Below are positions 62,048 through 64,000 of a stretch of 64,000 nucleotides of DNA, piece by piece. Positions within the stretch are counted from its first letter, which is position 1, and the number at the start of each line of letters is the position of its first letter. Source of the DNA: Owenia fusiformis (lineage: Eukaryota); the NCBI GenBank assembly GCA_903813345.2, contig CAIIXF020000001.1:49848001-49912000 (forward strand), written 5' to 3'. A model generated the notes under the pieces. That model was given only the letters and a program-made list of their open reading frames with translations. It ran no database searches and had not been told where the DNA came from. The position numbers and the translations under genes are program-made.

Positions 62048-63500
62048 CTAGAACCAGAAAGAACAAAGATCAATTAAAACATGCAGAATTTTATCACTAA
62101 TGTTATCACTCAATTGCACACACTTTGATACCATTGCTTCAAATTGATTCTTGTTAATTGATTTATATCCACAGTGAGTTACCAAGGGTCTAACACAGAC
62201 TCACAAGCTCCCCTGGAAAATGTTTCTCTTTATCAAAGGCCCTTACAAAGTTTAAACCACTTAGGCTTATACTGAAGTATAAAAAGTAATGGAAAATCTG
62301 AAATGCGTTAAAGCAGATATGAAATGGTATTTTTAACCTAAAGGAATCAACATAATTTTTTGATAGATGTATTTGGACATGTTTTCTCATCAGTAGGGTG
62401 AAAACTATTTCACTCTAACGATCGTTATAGCTGCTTAATAAGCAATATTCGAATTGGTTGTGACGTTATTGGCCCCCACGTGATCTCTCACTGGTCCCCA
62501 CGTGGCCCGTTTTGGTCCATTAGATCATGACGTCATAATGCCAAAATGTTTTGTTATTTGTTTACACAACAATCCTATGGTTGCCGTGACGTTGTGATTA
62601 CTATGGAACCAATAAACCAAAGCTATATTTTGTATATGACGTTACTAATCACGTGGGGGCCAATTTGATTTATCAGTTAGTTTTATTTCGTTATCTATGA
62701 CCGTTAGCAATTATCTAACATTTATTTTATAATGGCTATCACAAGAACTCTACGGTGGGCTTACAATGGAGAAAACCACATTTTTGTAGCTGCAAGTTGA
62801 GAAAGCTATTTCAGTTGTCCTTTAAGTGAAATCTATGTTTAACTTTTTTTATCATAAATGTTGAATTTATTGTGTTTAAAGGCAGAATCAGATCTATAGG
62901 GGGTGACAAAATTACAAGCAACGTGCATAATTGACCTACCAATCTATTCCTTACAATCTCAAATACAATATCTCCCAAAAGATTCACAATATGTTATAAA
63001 TTGGCGAACTTATTAATGATTCAAAGTGCAAAAATGGATGAAAAATGTTTAAATTCTCCCAAATAATAAGAATGGTAACCATTCTTATAGAAAAATAATA
63101 CATTATTGTAAAAATCTTTTGTTTTCCTTGAATAAAGTATGTACTTTTGTGATTTTTAGAAAATAGACATGACAAGGAATGACATGAGCCAAAAATATTC
63201 TAAAATTGAAACAATTTTTTGTTTAGCCTGCTCGCTATCTCTGATTCTCTCTTTAATACAGAGCAAGAAATGCATGTATCAAGAATGTGCAGGTGCTCTC
63301 CAGACCATCAAACCAGAGGCATTTTCACAAGAGGAGTTAAAAAACAACAAGCCATTATTGAGTTGTGTTTCAGATATACTCTGACATTTTTCATGTCCTC
63401 TATCTCTAATCTATGTATAACTATGTGATACAACTATTTCACTAATTGAGATTATTTTGGGCTCACTAAATAGGATCACCCTGTATGAAGTCATACTTAC

Positions 63501-63552
63501 AGGGTACATAACAATGGTACCATCAGGCTGTACAACCTCAACTGCCTCCACT
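63501..63552 (-). CDS. FARSB: FARSB internal exon (52 nt); the gene continues beyond the window
   Basis: tttag|A-VEAVEVVQPDGTIVMYP|gtaagt; corresponds to the VEAAEVVFPNG..P region of FARSB. Confidence 0.92.
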
Positions 63553-64000
63553 CTAAAAGTTTAAATAAATAACAGTAAGGGACTAATCATACATGTAATG
63601 CATATTTGTAGCCAGGTGGGGGAACTTTGGAGGTACCCTGGAAAGTTCTGACCTACCTCTTTTTGAAAGAGATATGCTTTTTAAGACTTTCAAAGATAAA
63701 ATTGGCATTTTTAAAAATAAAATTCATTTTTGTCAGATTGAGCTCCAACTGAGACATAACAGCCCTTTCCTAAGCAAAGCTGATTATAGGTTTGTAATGT
63801 TATGCCTCCATCTATCTGAGCCTGAAGTACATCAAAAAGGAATGGTCATGAGAGTTGTCAACATTTATCAAACCAGGAAGCCTTTTACTTAAACTATTTT
63901 TACATCGATACCATCCTTCCACTTGAATTGAATCTCAAAGAACAAGGAAGCCTAAAGTTTTATTTTAATCTTAATTCTTGGAATTGATGGAACACTACAT

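Noticed and set aside
62395..62830. Inverted ATTGGCCCCCACGTGA motifs suggesting a regulatory E-box cluster
   Set aside because: The symmetric arrangement inside an intron is better explained by a small non-autonomous element, whose ends I could not define.

Overview
AT-rich eukaryotic DNA with GT-AG introns and abundant Helentron-type and TIR non-autonomous elements. It looks like an invertebrate, probably a lophotrochozoan, but the species cannot be determined from the sequence. Two housekeeping genes converge across the window: the last three coding exons of DIS3L2 (+, 18569-20801) and the last eight coding exons of FARSB (-, 63552-36751). Both appear to carry passengers in large introns. 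Upstream of the DIS3L2 exons lie a Russian-doll array of Helentron-like elements (1-8518), a U1 snRNA gene with a variant U1-70K loop, and an intronless class A GPCR with a 27 x 13-aa N-glycosylation-sequon stalk. A 21.9-kb FARSB intron holds two antisense mGluR-like class C GPCRs and an ankyrin/heptad-repeat gene; a third class C copy lies just past the FARSB stop. The three class C receptors keep the alpha-amino-acid-binding residues but lack the glutamate-specific Arg/Lys, and they are mosaics of one another. Two elements stand out. (1) A non-coding, inverted-repeat-bounded element (26952-28905) with a strongly GT/CA-skewed body and a hammerhead-ribozyme-like fold, nested in an IS3EU-like MITE. 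(2) A 1.86-kb element (58791-60653) with RSS-heptamer-like CACGGTG termini and a 5-bp TSD confirmed by an internal empty site (Transib/RAG-like hallmarks), carrying a predicted spliced C2H2-finger mini-gene absent from the ORF track. All calls were made by eye; no searches or folding programs were run.
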